DNA of 64,000 nucleotides. Source: Octopus vulgaris. Its lineage: Eukaryota. Below the pieces are notes generated by a model. It was not told the origin of the DNA. It worked only from the letters and a program-made list of their open reading frames with translations, and made no database searches. Location of the stretch: the NCBI GenBank assembly GCA_951406725.2, contig OX597836.1:31620001-31684000 (forward strand), given 5' to 3'. Shown here one piece after another: positions 14,700 to 28,079 of this stretch; positions within the stretch are counted from its first letter, which is position 1; every line of letters starts with the position of its first letter. The translations under genes were made by a program, and so were the position numbers.

Positions 14700-15420
14700 G
14701 AAAAAATGGTTAAGAAAAGTGAATTCACATGAAGATAAATATACATCAGGTAATAAAGGGTTGCAATTACTACCAGTCGAACACCCTTAATTTGTTTAAG
14801 TATCCTCTCCTCTAGAGCAATACGTTATTAATGATATAACTAACCATCACCTTTACTCTACTCGTACTTAAACAAGTAAAGCCATTATATCTACATTTGG
14901 GTAAAAAAAAAAATACAACTTTCATATTTCCTAATGGAAGTATATTTATGGTCTTTACTAAACACTATATCAATAACTTTAAGCATACATTTTCTACCTT
15001 TCTCAGATCAAAATTAATATAAAATGCAGAGAAATCATATGCATATATCATCTGAACTACTTTAATCTTTTGTGGCTTGTTTAAAATACATTACTAGGTC
15101 TAATATTCCGAAATATGCAAACACCAAAGTCGTAAAATATTCCTTAGCAATATCTCATGAAAGATTTCCTAACAGCATTTAATGCACCATTAAGTAGTAT
15201 AGTTATCTGCTTATTGGCACACATTCTGGTATCTGCAGTAAATCTACTCTTGTAGACCTTATGCAATTTTGGAACCTCCAAAATATATTTGGAATAATTG
15301 TCCTTTTCTTCTATACTGAAATCACTCAACATTTCCATCTATGTAATTTGAAGTAATTATGTGGTTAGGAAGCAATGACATTTGCTCAATGGCTAATACT
15401 ATTTTATTTATTTCAATATG
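14700..15420 (-). mobile_element. Decayed Penelope-like reverse transcriptase fragment
   Basis: PKLHKVYKSRF in ORF 15144-15338, with a downstream YDFSAFY-like segment (cf. PLE RT PKLHK...RFI and FDFSTLYT); many stops. Confidence 0.55.
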
Positions 15421-16304
15421 TTTGGGAGACAATTCTGAACATGTTTCATTATTATTAAACCTCTTCAAGATGGCAAGCTGACTGAATCATAAGCAAGTTT
15501 AATTTCGCTTTGTGTTCTGAATCCAAATTTTCACTGAGGTAGACTTTGTCTTTCATCTTCCCAGTATTGATAAAATAAGTACCTGTTGAGCTCTGGAGTT
15601 GATGTCATCAACTTGCCTCCTCCCTTAAATTTTAGGCCTTGGGCTATTTAAAAAAAATTCTTTTTGTTTTTACTGGCACTCCATCAGTTACAACAACAGG
15701 GGTTCCAGTTGATCCAATCAACAGAACAGCTTGCTCATGAAATTAAAATGCAAGTAGCTGAGCACTCCACAGGCACATTTATCCTTAATGTAGTTTTCAG
15801 GAAGATTCAGTGTGACAGAGTGTGACAAGGCTGGCCCTTTGAAATACAGGTACTACTCATTTTTGCCAGCTGAGTGGACTGGAGCAAAGTGAAATAAAGT
15901 GTCTTGCTCAAGGACACAATGTATCGCTGGGAATTGAACTCATGACCTTGTGATCATGAGCTGCTTACCCTAACCACTAAGCTATGCACCTTGAGCCTAT
16001 AGTGAGAAGGATATTATATGATGGTCGTAAATTAGCTTCATCATAATACAAACATTGTTGTTTGTTTCCTATGTCCAGTGAAAACATGTTCAGCTATGGG
16101 AAAATATTACATTGTTTGGAAACAGATAAATGAACAGGAGCAATGTGAAATAAGTGTCTTGCTCCAGAACACAACACAGCCTGGTCTACGAATTGAACTC
16201 ACTACCTCATGATTCTGAGCCTGACACTCTAACTGCTGAGCCATGCTGTTATATAATATAAGCTGTTATGATGTTAAAAAGATTAAAAATTTCAACAGAC
16301 TTAC

Positions 16305-16461
16305 TGAGCAACTATCCAACCAGCATCAGTGATTAAGATGAAATCGCCAATGCGTTGGTTGTGAGTATAGTGGAAGTGGCGTGGCAGAGTTGAAGGATTA
16401 TAAAGGGAAACGTGTCTATTTCCACAGTTGATCTTTGTTGAAATATTAAGGTTTTCTGAAC
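16305..16461 (-). CDS. ENPP-family exon (PDE domain)
   Basis: tttccag|GT...CA|gtaagt; 157 nt, phase 1->2; INCGNRHVSLY...LPRHFHYTHNQRIGDFILITDAGWIVA vs LPKRLHFAKSDRIE...DPQWQLA. Confidence 0.93.
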
Positions 16462-17584
16462 CTGGAAAAATAAATTGTTAAAAGAAAAAGTATAAATAAA
16501 TAAAATTTTTTAAAATAATTAAAATAAACAAAATATATAACATTTACTCTGTCATACCATGTTCCCACTATGGTGGGAATAGATTAAATGTCATGTCTAC
16601 GGGATTTCTGGTAAAACCTTAATGAACACCAAATGCAGAAAAAGAAGACACGGCTGATTCTCTCCATTAGTTTGTATGCAATTGTTACTCTTGAGCTGTT
16701 ATACTCTTTTACTCTTTTACTTGTTTCAGTCATTTGACTGTGGCCATGCTGGAGCATCACCTTTAGTCGAATCATATCGACCCCAGGACTTATTCTTTGT
16801 AAGCCTAATACTTATTCTATCGGTCTCTTTTGCCGAACCGCTAAGTAACGGGGACATATACACACCAGCATAAACATACACACACACATACACACACACA
16901 TATATATATATATATATACATATATACAACGGGCTTCTTTCAGTTTCCGTCTACCAAATCCACTCACAAGGCTTTGGTCGGCCCAAGGCTATAGCAGAAG
17001 ACACTTGCCCAAAGTGCCATGCAGAGGGACTGAACCCGGAACAATGTGGTTCGTAAGCAAGCTACTTACCACACAGCCACTCCTACGCCTAATTGTATTG
17101 GCAATTATTTATTATTATCTTTTGCTTAGGAGCCCAGGTGGAGGGTAAAGTTAGACACAGACACCTGGCTCTGAGAGAGTTAACAATACTAGATATGTCA
17201 AGGTCATAAAGACAGTGAATTTCATTATCTATTGAAAGCTGTTTTGTCTGTTTCTAAATTTATAAAACGTTCAGTTTGGCATCCCCCTTAGTGTCTAGCT
17301 GAGTCTACTTTGTAGCAGACAATTGAACCAACACTTCAATAACATGATTCACTGCTTCTTACTACAGCATCCTATGAGGAAATGCTGCTTAAAGTGTTTT
17401 GTAGGATGACAGCATTAAAGATCAGGTGATGCACCATATGTAGCTTCAGAATTGAACAAACTGAAATAGGAGCAGTCAATTTTATATGGAACTGATGTTT
17501 GCAGTGAAAAGATTTTTATGGCCAAAATACAGCTTAGGACAATGTAGGTTTCCTTTCCTTCCACGATATTTATATGTGTGTGTA

Positions 17585-17616
<32 letters not shown>

Positions 17617-18064
17617 CACACGCGGGTGGCATGTAAAAAGCACCCACTACACTCTCGGAGTGGTTGGCGTTAGGAAGGGCATCCAGCCGTAGAAACACTG
17701 CCAGATTTGACTGGGCCTGATGAAGCCTTATGGCTTCACAGACCCCAGTAGAACCGTCCAACTCATGCTAGCATGGAAAACGGACGCTAAACGATGATGA
17801 TGATGATGATGATATATATATATAAGAAATGGAAAACAAAACAATTATAAATTCAATTCAATTTAAATATTTTATACATTGTTGGAATAACATTGTTATC
17901 GATATAGGTAATATAAGCCAGTAAATTCTTCAGATATTTAATATCACTTAAGTATATTTTACACCTAGCTAAATTGTTTTATATATATATATAAGAATTT
18001 TTTGCGTAATAAGATAAAAAAAAAACCAAGGCTGTATAGCTATTAGAGCATTTATAGATAGAAG

Positions 18065-18116
18065 GTCTTACAGCTGTTTCTAGGATATTAATTAATAATA
18101 TCCCTTCATCGGAGAC
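18065..18116 (-). ncRNA. Type I hammerhead motif (U4C variant)
   Basis: GUCU-CCGAUGA-A-GGGAUAUU auuaauu AAUAUCCU-A-GAAA-CAGCUG-UA^AGAC. Confidence 0.68.
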
Positions 18117-19308
18117 GGTGTGGAAGGAAAATTAAGTCATTACCCTTCTCTCTCTATCCCCACTCCTACTTTCAAATTATCTCCACCAACCACTGACTGA
18201 TCTATATCTTAATTTTTCTTTTTTCTTTTTTCTTTATTCCCTTTATTCCTATCCTCAGGGTTTTTATTCTTTATTTTTTATTTTTTTATTATTTTGTTCT
18301 TATATACACACGCCGACAGAGAACCAATGTTGAACTCTTTATTCGCAATATTGCCGAATCTGGAACTTAACTATGGTCTGTCTATAGCACTTATTCAGCA
18401 TTACCTACACCTTTGGGTCTCAATGACACCAGTATCTCTTATATATATATATAAAGGGTAAAGACCCCCTTCGGTCATGAATGACCATGGGATTGCACCT
18501 AGAAAGTTACCCTCCTAGACACAAGTCCGGGCAAGGTTGTTTATGGAAGACCAGCAGTCGCCCATGCATACCAGCCTCCCCTCTCCACGCCACCAGTGTT
18601 ATCCAAGGGAAAGACAAAGGTCGATACAGCTTGGCACCAGTGACGTCGCAACTCATTTCTACAGCTGAGTGAACTGGAGCAACGTAAAATAAAGTGCTTT
18701 GCTCAAGAACACAACACGCAGCCTGGTCCGGGATTCGAGCTCACAACCTCACGATCGTAAGCTCAACGCTCTAACCACTGAGCCATGCATATATATATAT
18801 ATATATAAGGGTTTATTCAAATAACTATTGTACATATATTTCACTAATAGATATTAAAAAAATAAATGTCTACCATCTAATTGGCAACTGAAATTTAAAT
18901 AGATGATTAAAGTGAAGAAAAACATAGTGTTTGTTATTACCCTATGAAATTTTTTTTATGACCTGAACAGATTAACTACGAAAGTAAAATAGTTTTTCGA
19001 TAATTTATATTGTTTCCATATTGAATTTCTAAGTTATGGTCATTTGTTTGTATCTTTGATCATTTTGTTACATATTCTATCAAAAGATAATATATCTATA
19101 TATCTATATACGCACATAAAATGGTTACAACAGCTGTTTCAGTAGAATTTTAGTTTTGTATGCCTGCAGTATCCTGCTAGCACTTGAAGTCTACAATATT
19201 GTTTTATTTTACCGTAAGCCCTATGTGTTTGCACCTAGCCACTTTCTGGCCTCTTACATATCGATATGCCTTGATTCTTTAGGAATCCTTGTAACTAATT
19301 TGTATTTA

Positions 19309-19365
<57 letters not shown>

Positions 19366-19374
19366 GTTTATATG

Positions 19375-19423
<49 letters not shown>

Positions 19424-19660
19424 GTATGTATGTATAGTGTATTTGAAGTGATGTACAGATATTATATATTAAGAAGAAGGAGGCAGTCAGAATTATGGAT
19501 CCAACATCTTGAAGAGTTTGGTTGAAAGGTAAAAAAAAGCACTAATAAAGAATTATACAAAATTCTGATTGCCTCCTTCTTAATACACACATACACACAC
19601 ATACAAATAAAAGGAAAAAGAAATGACAAAGCAATAAGTGATTAAATTATGTACTTCATT

Positions 19661-19729
19661 AGCTTGCAGCTGTTTCCACTATAAGATATTTTGAGAGCCT
19701 GCGTAACACCTTACAGCTTCATCAGAACC
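19661..19729 (-). ncRNA. Type I hammerhead motif (U16.1C at the cleavage triplet)
   Basis: GGUU-CUGAUGA-A-[13-bp stem GCUGUAAGGUGUU/AAUAUCUUAUAGU]-G-GAAA-CAGCUG-CA^AGCU. Confidence 0.65.
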
Positions 19730-20070
19730 TCAGATATGAAGCATATGTTCAGAAGCATACCTGTGTTGAGTTCTACATCATGTTATTAGTATTGTAATGC
19801 CTAAGCGAAATATATATATATATATATATATATAAGCTGATTGCAATTTGACCTTTGGATATTATAAAATAATTTTGTCTGTTTTCACTGAAGTCTTTTT
19901 TCTGAAATTTTGTCAATTTCAAATTTCAAATATGAAACCACAGCTCTCTAATTTATCTTTGGCTCCCTCTAGATTTGAAACTGAAACTATATATTTCTTG
20001 TTGTTATCCTCCTATCAATAACACCAAATACGTGGCCTCAAAATGATTATGGCCCAAACGTCTCAGAACT

Positions 20071-20118
<48 letters not shown>

Positions 20119-20140
20119 ATCAGGTTTTGGCAGCACTTAC

Positions 20141-20290
20141 TTTTGACACTGTCTAACTGTGGCACAACATCCTTCCCTGTCTTTTTAAAGCGTGTATCAA
20201 TGCGTGATGCTTCGCCATCAAATACTAACGACGTTACATTCACAAAGTCAGACAAATTTACAAGCCTCCCACAAGAGTTTTCTTTTGTGC
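20141..20290 (-). CDS. ENPP-family exon (PDE domain)
   Basis: tctttcag|GC...AAA A|gtaagt; 150 nt, phase 1->1; TKENSCGRLVNLSDFVNVTSLVFDGEASRIDTRF... vs MEQGSCKKYIYLN...IYGPAARL. Confidence 0.88.
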
Positions 20291-21228
20291 CTGAAAGAAA
20301 GAGAAGAATAAAAAAAAAAATACTTATTCACAAATATAAGAATAAAAATTCATATATCACAAAAAAGGAAAATAAAAGAGGCAAAAAAGAACATTTTATA
20401 AAAGAGATGAAATAATCAGAGTTCAAAAGATTTTAAAGAACTGTTTCCTTTTTATACCTCACCGTCTTTTTTATATATATTGATTATTACGATGTGAATG
20501 TTGAAAATCTTTCTGGCAAAGTATCAGAGATGTGAAGAAGTGTAAAAATTAAAAGGAACCAGAGGATGAAAAGATGAACTCCTCATCAAAGTTCATAATC
20601 AACATCTTGAATCGTTATAGCATAATTAAATGTGAACTGTACTTTCAAATGAATTCAAAATATTCAAAATAAAGAAATGAGATGAATGCCTGTTTGAGGA
20701 ATTTGCAAGCATTCTCTATTGAAATAACTCTGTGCAACTCACAGAGAATTGCTACCATCCTGGTGTGTCTTTATTCAAAGGCACTGGTTGTTTTGATTTT
20801 TTTTTGCTGTTGCTCATTCTTTATTCTTTGATACTTTTACTTGTTTCGGTCATTTGACTGCGGCCATGCTGGAGCACCGCCTTAAAGGGTTTTTAGTCGA
20901 AGAAATCAACTCTGGTACTTATTCTTTGTAAGCCTACTACTTATTTTATCAGTTTCTTTTTGCTGAACTACTAAAGTTACCCGGGATGTAACCACACCAA
21001 CACCAGTTGTGAAGCAGTAATGTGAGGATGAACACGGACACAAAGACATGTACACACACACAATGGGCTTTTTTCAGTTTCTGTCTACCAAATCAACTCA
21101 CATGGCTTTGGTTGGCCCAAGGATATAGAGTAAGGCTCTTGCCAAAGGTGCCATGCAATGGGACTGAACCTGGGACTATGTGGTAGGGAAGCAAGCTTCT
21201 TACCACACAGCCATGACTGTTCATACAT

Positions 21229-21262
<34 letters not shown>

Positions 21263-21299
21263 TATTTTTATTAAATATTAAAAAAAATTTAAATTAAAA

Positions 21300-21332
21300 A
21301 AAAACAGCGGGAACTTAGTTGCCAACCCAATA
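21300..21332 (-). mobile_element. Solo mariner-type TIR
   Basis: Reverse complement TATTGGGTTGGCAACTAAGTTCCCGCTGTTT. Confidence 0.55.
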
Positions 21333-21431
21333 TATATGTGTGTGTGTGTGCACGCGCATGTGTGTCTGTGTGAGTGCGTGTGTGTGTGTGTGTGTGTGCG
21401 TGTGTGTGTGTGTGTGCGTGCATGTGTGTCT

Positions 21432-21478
<47 letters not shown>

Positions 21479-21720
21479 TGCTACTGTTTCCTTGTCTTGG
21501 CATTGTGTGATAGTTGTAAACAGTTGTCACTGTTATACAAGCAGTGTCATTTATTTCCAATGTTCTGTGACAACATGTCTGGCTACGAGGAAATATCACT
21601 TTGATTGGAAACGGGTGAAGGTTGGCAACAGGAAGGGCATCAAGCTGTAGAAAAATATCTGCCTCAACAATGCAGAGAAAAGCCGAATTAAAACGAGGAA
21701 GATAAAGATGATGATGATGG

Positions 21721-21752
<32 letters not shown>

Positions 21753-21927
21753 GCTATTCTTGTAGAAACACGTACAAATCACTCGGATATGTTCAGGAAA
21801 TTCTCAGAAGGTGAAAATAAAATTTCTTTTCATACTGATATTTCTAGCACTGGATATATATATAAAAGCAAAAATGAAGTTAATGTGTACTTGGTTATAG
21901 AAACGAGATAAAGAAAAATGACAAACA

Positions 21928-22038
21928 GCTACTACTACAACTACTGCTACTACTACTGCTGCTGCTACAGCTGCTACTACTACTACTACTACTACTACTA
22001 ACACCACCGCCACCACCACCACTACTACCACTACAACC

Positions 22039-22096
<58 letters not shown>

Positions 22097-22140
22097 ACAC
22101 CACCACCACCATCACCACCACCACCATCACCACCATCACA

Positions 22141-22197
<57 letters not shown>

Positions 22198-22220
22198 ACC
22201 ACCTCCACCACCACCATCAT
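21928..22220. repeat. (CTA)/(CCA)/(CTG) trinucleotide compound repeat
   Basis: Seen directly. Confidence 0.95.
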
Positions 22221-23356
22221 TATCATAGTCTTTGACCTCCTCTTCATTGCCATCATTATTGCCATGGTTGTCATTGATGGTCCACCACATTCATAATGGC
22301 AGGAGTGACAAGCGTGTGTGTCACACTCATAACACCAAAAGTGGCAAGACAGTGTGTGTATGTGTGTGTGTGTGTATGTGTGTGTGTGTGTATGTGTGTG
22401 TGTGTGTGTGTGCGTGTGAGTCAGATAAAACGAATACCACAAAATTTATCAGTTTTCTCATTTATCAGTTTTCACTGATATACATCAATCAATGAAAGAT
22501 ACAACGCACATACATACATACATACATACTAACACACACACACAGACATGTACACACGTACACACACGCATACACACACACGAACACACACACACACACA
22601 TACACATACATGCACACACACACACACACACATACTCACACACACACACACATATAGATCTACAAGTAGAGAGAGAGAAATTGAGCAGAAGGAAAATCAA
22701 ACAAATATGATAAGGAAAATACAAAAAAGGGCACAAATATGACAATAAAAAATAAATTGCAACCAATTTAGCAATAAAATGAATGATGGAAGATGATGAA
22801 TGGATGAAAGAAGTTTTAGCAACTTTTATTATCTAAAAGTTTGACCCAGACATCACTATATGACAGGGAACTACAGAAAAGCAAAAGGAAGTTTTTATGA
22901 TAGAATGGTGAGGGATATGAAATGGTTTAGTAGTTGTGTGAACATAAGATAGAGAGAGATAGTGGAATGTGACATTGGTTTCTATATAAATTTAACCTTT
23001 TCACAGTTAAACCTGCTATATCTGGTCCAGATATTCTGTTTTATATTCAAACTGGTCAGATCTTGCCTCTCACACCTATCCTATGATGTCATTTAAAGAA
23101 ATAAACAATCACTTCATCGAAATGTCAAAGCTAGAAGACATTCTTTATTCTTTTTTTTATTCTTTTACTTGTTTCAGTCATTTGACTGCGGCCATGCTGG
23201 AGCACCGCCTTTAGTCGAGCAAATCGACCCCGGGACTTATTCTTTGTAAGCCCAGTACTTATTCTATCGGTCTCTTTTGCCGAACCGCTAAGTGACAGGG
23301 ATGTAAACACACCAGCATTGGTTGTCAAGCAATGCTAGGGGGACAAACACAGACAT

Positions 23357-23393
<37 letters not shown>

Positions 23394-25041
23394 CGTTACT
23401 TAGCGGTTCGGCAAGCTGACCGATAGAATAAGTACTGGGCTTACAAAAAGAATAAGTCCCAGGGTCGAGTTGCTCGATTAAAGGCGGTGCTCCAGCATGG
23501 CCACAGTCAGATGACTGAAACAAGTAAAAGAGTATATATACGACAGGCTTCTTTCAGTTTCCGTCTACCAAATCCACTCACAAGGCATTGGTCGGCTATA
23601 GCAGAAGACACTTGCCCAAGATGCCACGCAGTGGGACTGAACCCGGAACCATGTGGTTGGTTAGCAAGCTACTTACCACACAGCCACTCCTGCGCCTATA
23701 ATGAATGATTAATTCAAAGCAATGTGAATAAATAAACATTACATGTGACAGAGTTATCTGAATGCCAAAGGGTTAAGCTAGTTGTAGTTTCAGATCGTAT
23801 TTGTTGGTGACACTCATGTTGACAAATCTTATAATCAATTAATAGCTGATTGCTGGAAAGTGGGTTACGGGATGTGATGCTTGGCTTCATTCACCTTCTG
23901 CTACCAATCTGCTCTTTTCTCTCAGACCTGATCTGTTCTTTTCTCTCAGAGATAGCTTGTACTATATGCTTGGCTGATTTACTATTGTTGCTTTGGTATG
24001 GTATGTTGGTACTTATCGGTGTAAGCAAGACTGCATGTTAAACCATAATAAACAGGAGTGACTGAACATAATTGTATATTTTAATAGCATGATTTATTGC
24101 ACGAGAGAACAATTGAACATGAACTTTTAATAGCTGTTGGTAGAGAAAGTAGTAATTGGAATAGAGTATAGTAATGACTAATTATGATTGAAATGGCAGG
24201 AAGAGTTAGCTTGCAAATATGAAGAAAAAATTCCTTTTCATTTCTAAGGAAAAGAACTATGTTGCTGGGCAAAAGGTGAAACGTGGGTTCTCTGGTGATT
24301 CTCACATGTCTCTGTGACTGTTCTGGTTTGCTTGGCAAAAGATGAGGTATCTGTTTTGCAGAGTTCTCTTAAATCTCTGCTGTTTGTTCTTGGCATGCAA
24401 CTACTGATAACTAGAGAAAAGTGCATGAATCTCAAGGACTTTTGAGATGATGTTCGTGATATGGCTGCAAGTTGATTGGTTGATAATTAGAACAATTATT
24501 TTTTTCCTGCTCTAAGCACAAGGCCCGAAATTTTGGGGGAGGGGGGGGCAGTCGATTAGATCAACCCCAGAACACAACTGGTACTTAATTTATCAACCCT
24601 GAAAGGAAGAAAAGCAAAGTCGACCTCATTGGAATTTGAACTCAGAATGTAAGGACAGACGAAATACCTATTTCTTTACTACCTACAAGGGGCTAAACAC
24701 AGAGATGACAAACAAGGACAGACAAATGGATTAAGTCGGTTATATCGACCCCAGTGCATAACTGGTACTTAATTTATTGACCCTGAAGGGAAGAAAGGCA
24801 AAGTCGACCTCATCAGAATTTGAACTCAGATTGTAAGGACAGATGAAATACCACTAAGCATTTCACCTGGCATGGTGACATTTCTGCCAGCTCATTGCCT
24901 TGATAATGAGAACAATGTGTGATGCATGCATGATCAGCTCATGTCATCATCTTAGTAACTAAAATATGTCAGGTATTTTGTACATTGTTTATATATAAAA
25001 TATTACAGTTAGCCATGATTTTGATGGCATGGGGCCAGCTA

Positions 25042-25077
<36 letters not shown>

Positions 25078-25165
25078 ATTATTTGAGGGAATATTAATCC
25101 TAACTTACAGGGAAAAAAATTCAATTTAGAAATACTAAATTAAATTTCACACAATATAATATATA

Positions 25166-25575
25166 GGCGCAGGAGTGGCTGTGTGGTAAGTAGCTTGCTA
25201 ACCAACCACATGGTTCCGGGTTCAGTCCCACTGCGTGGCATCTTGGGCAAGTGTCTTCTGCTATAGCCCCGGGCCGACCAATGCCTTGTGAGTGGATTTG
25301 GTAGACGGAAACTGAAAGAAGCCTGTCGTATATATGTATATATATATAAGTGTGTGTGTATATGTTTGTGTGTCTGTGTTTGTCCCCCTAGCATTGCTTG
25401 ACAACCGATGCTGGTGTGTTTACGTCCCCGTCACTTAGCGGTTCGGCAAAAGAGACCGATAGAATAAGTACTGGGCTTACAAAGAATAAGTCCCGGGGTC
25501 GATTTGCTCGACTAAAGGCGGTGCTCCAGCATGGCCACAGTCAAATGACTGAAACAAGTAAAAGAGAAAGAGAAA
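25166..25575 (+). mobile_element. tRNA-derived SINE family A (full length). Other copies: 2596-2760+, 2880-3183-, 16705-17090-, 20830-21215-, 23150-23700-, 27416-27903+, 30233-30570+, 33565-34003-, 38308-38775+, 54050-54452-, 55280-55735+, plus fragments
   Basis: A/B-box head (tggctgtgtggt...gggttcagtccc), central microsatellite, conserved 3' part ending gactgaaacaagtaaaagag. Confidence 0.9.
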
Positions 25576-25585
25576 GAGAATATAT

Positions 25586-25794
25586 AAAAATTAGAAAAAA
25601 ACACCTTTATCAATTCAAAATGAGCAATTAAATGACACCATCTAGAAAATTACATAAAATTGAAATATTAAAATTAAAATAACAATAAAATGAAATTATT
25701 TTAATTTCAATATTTCTATTATATGTAATTTTCTAGATGGTGTAATTTAATTGTTCATTTTGAATTGATAAAAGGTGGTTTTTTTCTAATTTTT
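25586..25794. repeat. Imperfect inverted repeat, ~95-bp arms
   Basis: acaccatctagaaaattacata / tatgtaattttctagatggtgt. Confidence 0.85.
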
Positions 25795-26544
25795 CTAATT
25801 TTTTTTTCTGTGCAGGTGGCATGTAAAAAGCACCCACTACACTCACGGAGTGGTTAGCGTTAGGAAGGACATCCAGCCGTAGAAACACTGCCAGATCAGA
25901 CTGGGCCTGATGCAGCCTTCTGGCTTCACAGACCCCAGTTGAACCGTCCAACCCATGCTAGCATGGAAAGCGGACGCTAAATGATGATGATGATGATGAT
26001 GATATATATATATATTTTTATATATAAGTCACGATATATAGATTCAAATAATCCGGTGGTACTCATAAAGAGTTCCTTAATGTATCATTCTATAAAACAT
26101 AGAATATATAATACAATACAAGAAAAAATGATTAGGAGTGCATAAAGTCATAAATGACAGAGATATAGTTTGATGAAATTTTATCTAACAATAAGAAAAT
26201 TCAATATCAAATATCAAATAACAAATTGTTTCATAACTTAAAAACATGTAGATGATTTATATTATATTTAATAAATGAATTACTTACATACTTACATTGA
26301 TGGAAAATGTAAAAAAATCCTTCACAATAATGCATATAATATATATACTTGTACATTTATATACAGATAAGAAATAAAAGAGAAAGAAAAAAGATAGGTA
26401 CGAAAAGCTTATACCGGTGACCGATAAGACTGAGTAAAAATATACCAAATTTTTCTCTTTCCACATACAGATATATGAATAAATGTATGTGTGTGTGAGT
26501 GAGTTCTTTGGTAAAAATATACATAGAAAAGAACAGCTACTTAC

Positions 26545-26653
26545 CGTGGTCAGATACAATGACTAAATTGATACAGTTTTCGAGATGTCGTTCTTTGATA
26601 CCATTCATCAACTGGTTGATTGCATCATTGATCAAGTTGAGTTGGTCTTCAAT
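26545..26653 (-). CDS. ENPP-family exon (SDHG metal-binding motif)
   Basis: aatgtag|ATT...CAC G|gtaagt; 109 nt, phase 0->1; IEDQLNLINDAINQLMNGIKERHLENCINLVIVSDH(G). Confidence 0.95.
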
Positions 26654-26790
26654 CTACATTTAAGAGGAAGAGGGACATCAAAAGTTTCGATACACACAAG
26701 ATCAAAGTGGTACCAATCTGATTTTTATTAAACTTAAGGCAATTAACTTTAGCAGCAAGGGGTTAAAATGGTCCACTACAAAGATACACT

Positions 26791-26823
<33 letters not shown>

Positions 26824-26908
26824 ACACGCATGTGTTTGTGTATAAATATGCATGTATGAATATATATATATATATATATATATACATACATATATATATA
26901 TGCATATA

Positions 26909-26951
<43 letters not shown>

Positions 26952-26990
26952 GCATACACACATACACACACATATTTGCACACACATACA

Positions 26991-27328
26991 CAGTGGCAGA
27001 CTGGGTCTAAAAATATTGGTATTGGTTGCCAGGAGGCTAAGGGGGCCCACTCACAACTACAAGGAGGGCCCACTTGCAACTACAAGGGGTCCCACCTGCA
27101 AGTACAATACTGTCATTTAATTTTTTTTCTTGTTAAAAGTATTCTTTTCAGCTGTCTACAAACATAGCCAGGTTGAAATAATTAATGTATTCTTCCAGGA
27201 GTGAATAAAAAATTCTCAAACTTGAGGGGATGGGCCCCTTAGAAACGAACATGGGCCCTCATATATGGATTCTAATGGTGCAGGGGCCTACTTGCTATTG
27301 GGCAAGCTGGCAACCTGGCCAATCCACC

Positions 27329-27332
<4 letters not shown>
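26991..27332. mobile_element. hAT-like MITE in a (CA)n tract
   Basis: CAGTGGCAGACTGG ... CCAATCCACCACTG termini; repeated gggccc subterminal motifs. Confidence 0.6.
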
Positions 27333-27359
<27 letters not shown>

Positions 27360-27661
27360 TATAAATCTATAAATGCACACATAGACAAGTATATATGCGG
27401 TTATTATAATAATAAGGGTGTAGGACTGGCTGTGTAGTAAGTAGCTTGCTTTCGAACAACATGGTTCAGGGTTCAGTCCCACTGTGTGGCACCTTGGGCA
27501 AGAGTCTTCTACTATAGCCTCGAGCCAACCAAAGCCTTGTGAGTGGATTTCGTAGATGGAAACTGAAAGAAGCCCATCGTATATATGTATATATATATAT
27601 CTCTGTGTGTGTGTGTGTGTGTGTGCACGTGCATGCGTGTGTGTGTGTGTGTGCGCGTGCA

Positions 27662-27697
<36 letters not shown>

Positions 27698-28079
27698 CGT
27701 TTGTGTGTCTGTGTTTGTCCCCTCAATATCGCTTGACAACCGATGCTGGTGTGTTTACGACCCCGTAACTATTGGCAAAAGAGACCGATTGAATAGATAC
27801 TAGGCTTACAAAGAATAAGTCCTGGGGTCGATTTGCTCGACTAAAGGTGGTGCTCTAGCATGGCCACAGTCAAAGGACTGAAACAAGTAAAAGAGTAAAA
27901 GAGGAACCTATATAATACTTCAGGGTGTTCTGTGTCTCCACAGTGCACTTCATTTATCCTCTTGTTTCAATAATTGGATTATAGCCATGCTTGGGCATTA
28001 CCACTGAAACCTAGCATTATGACATTTTTCTTCCTCCGTTAACTTGTTTTATACTAGTATAAATGTTATGAATTATAAT

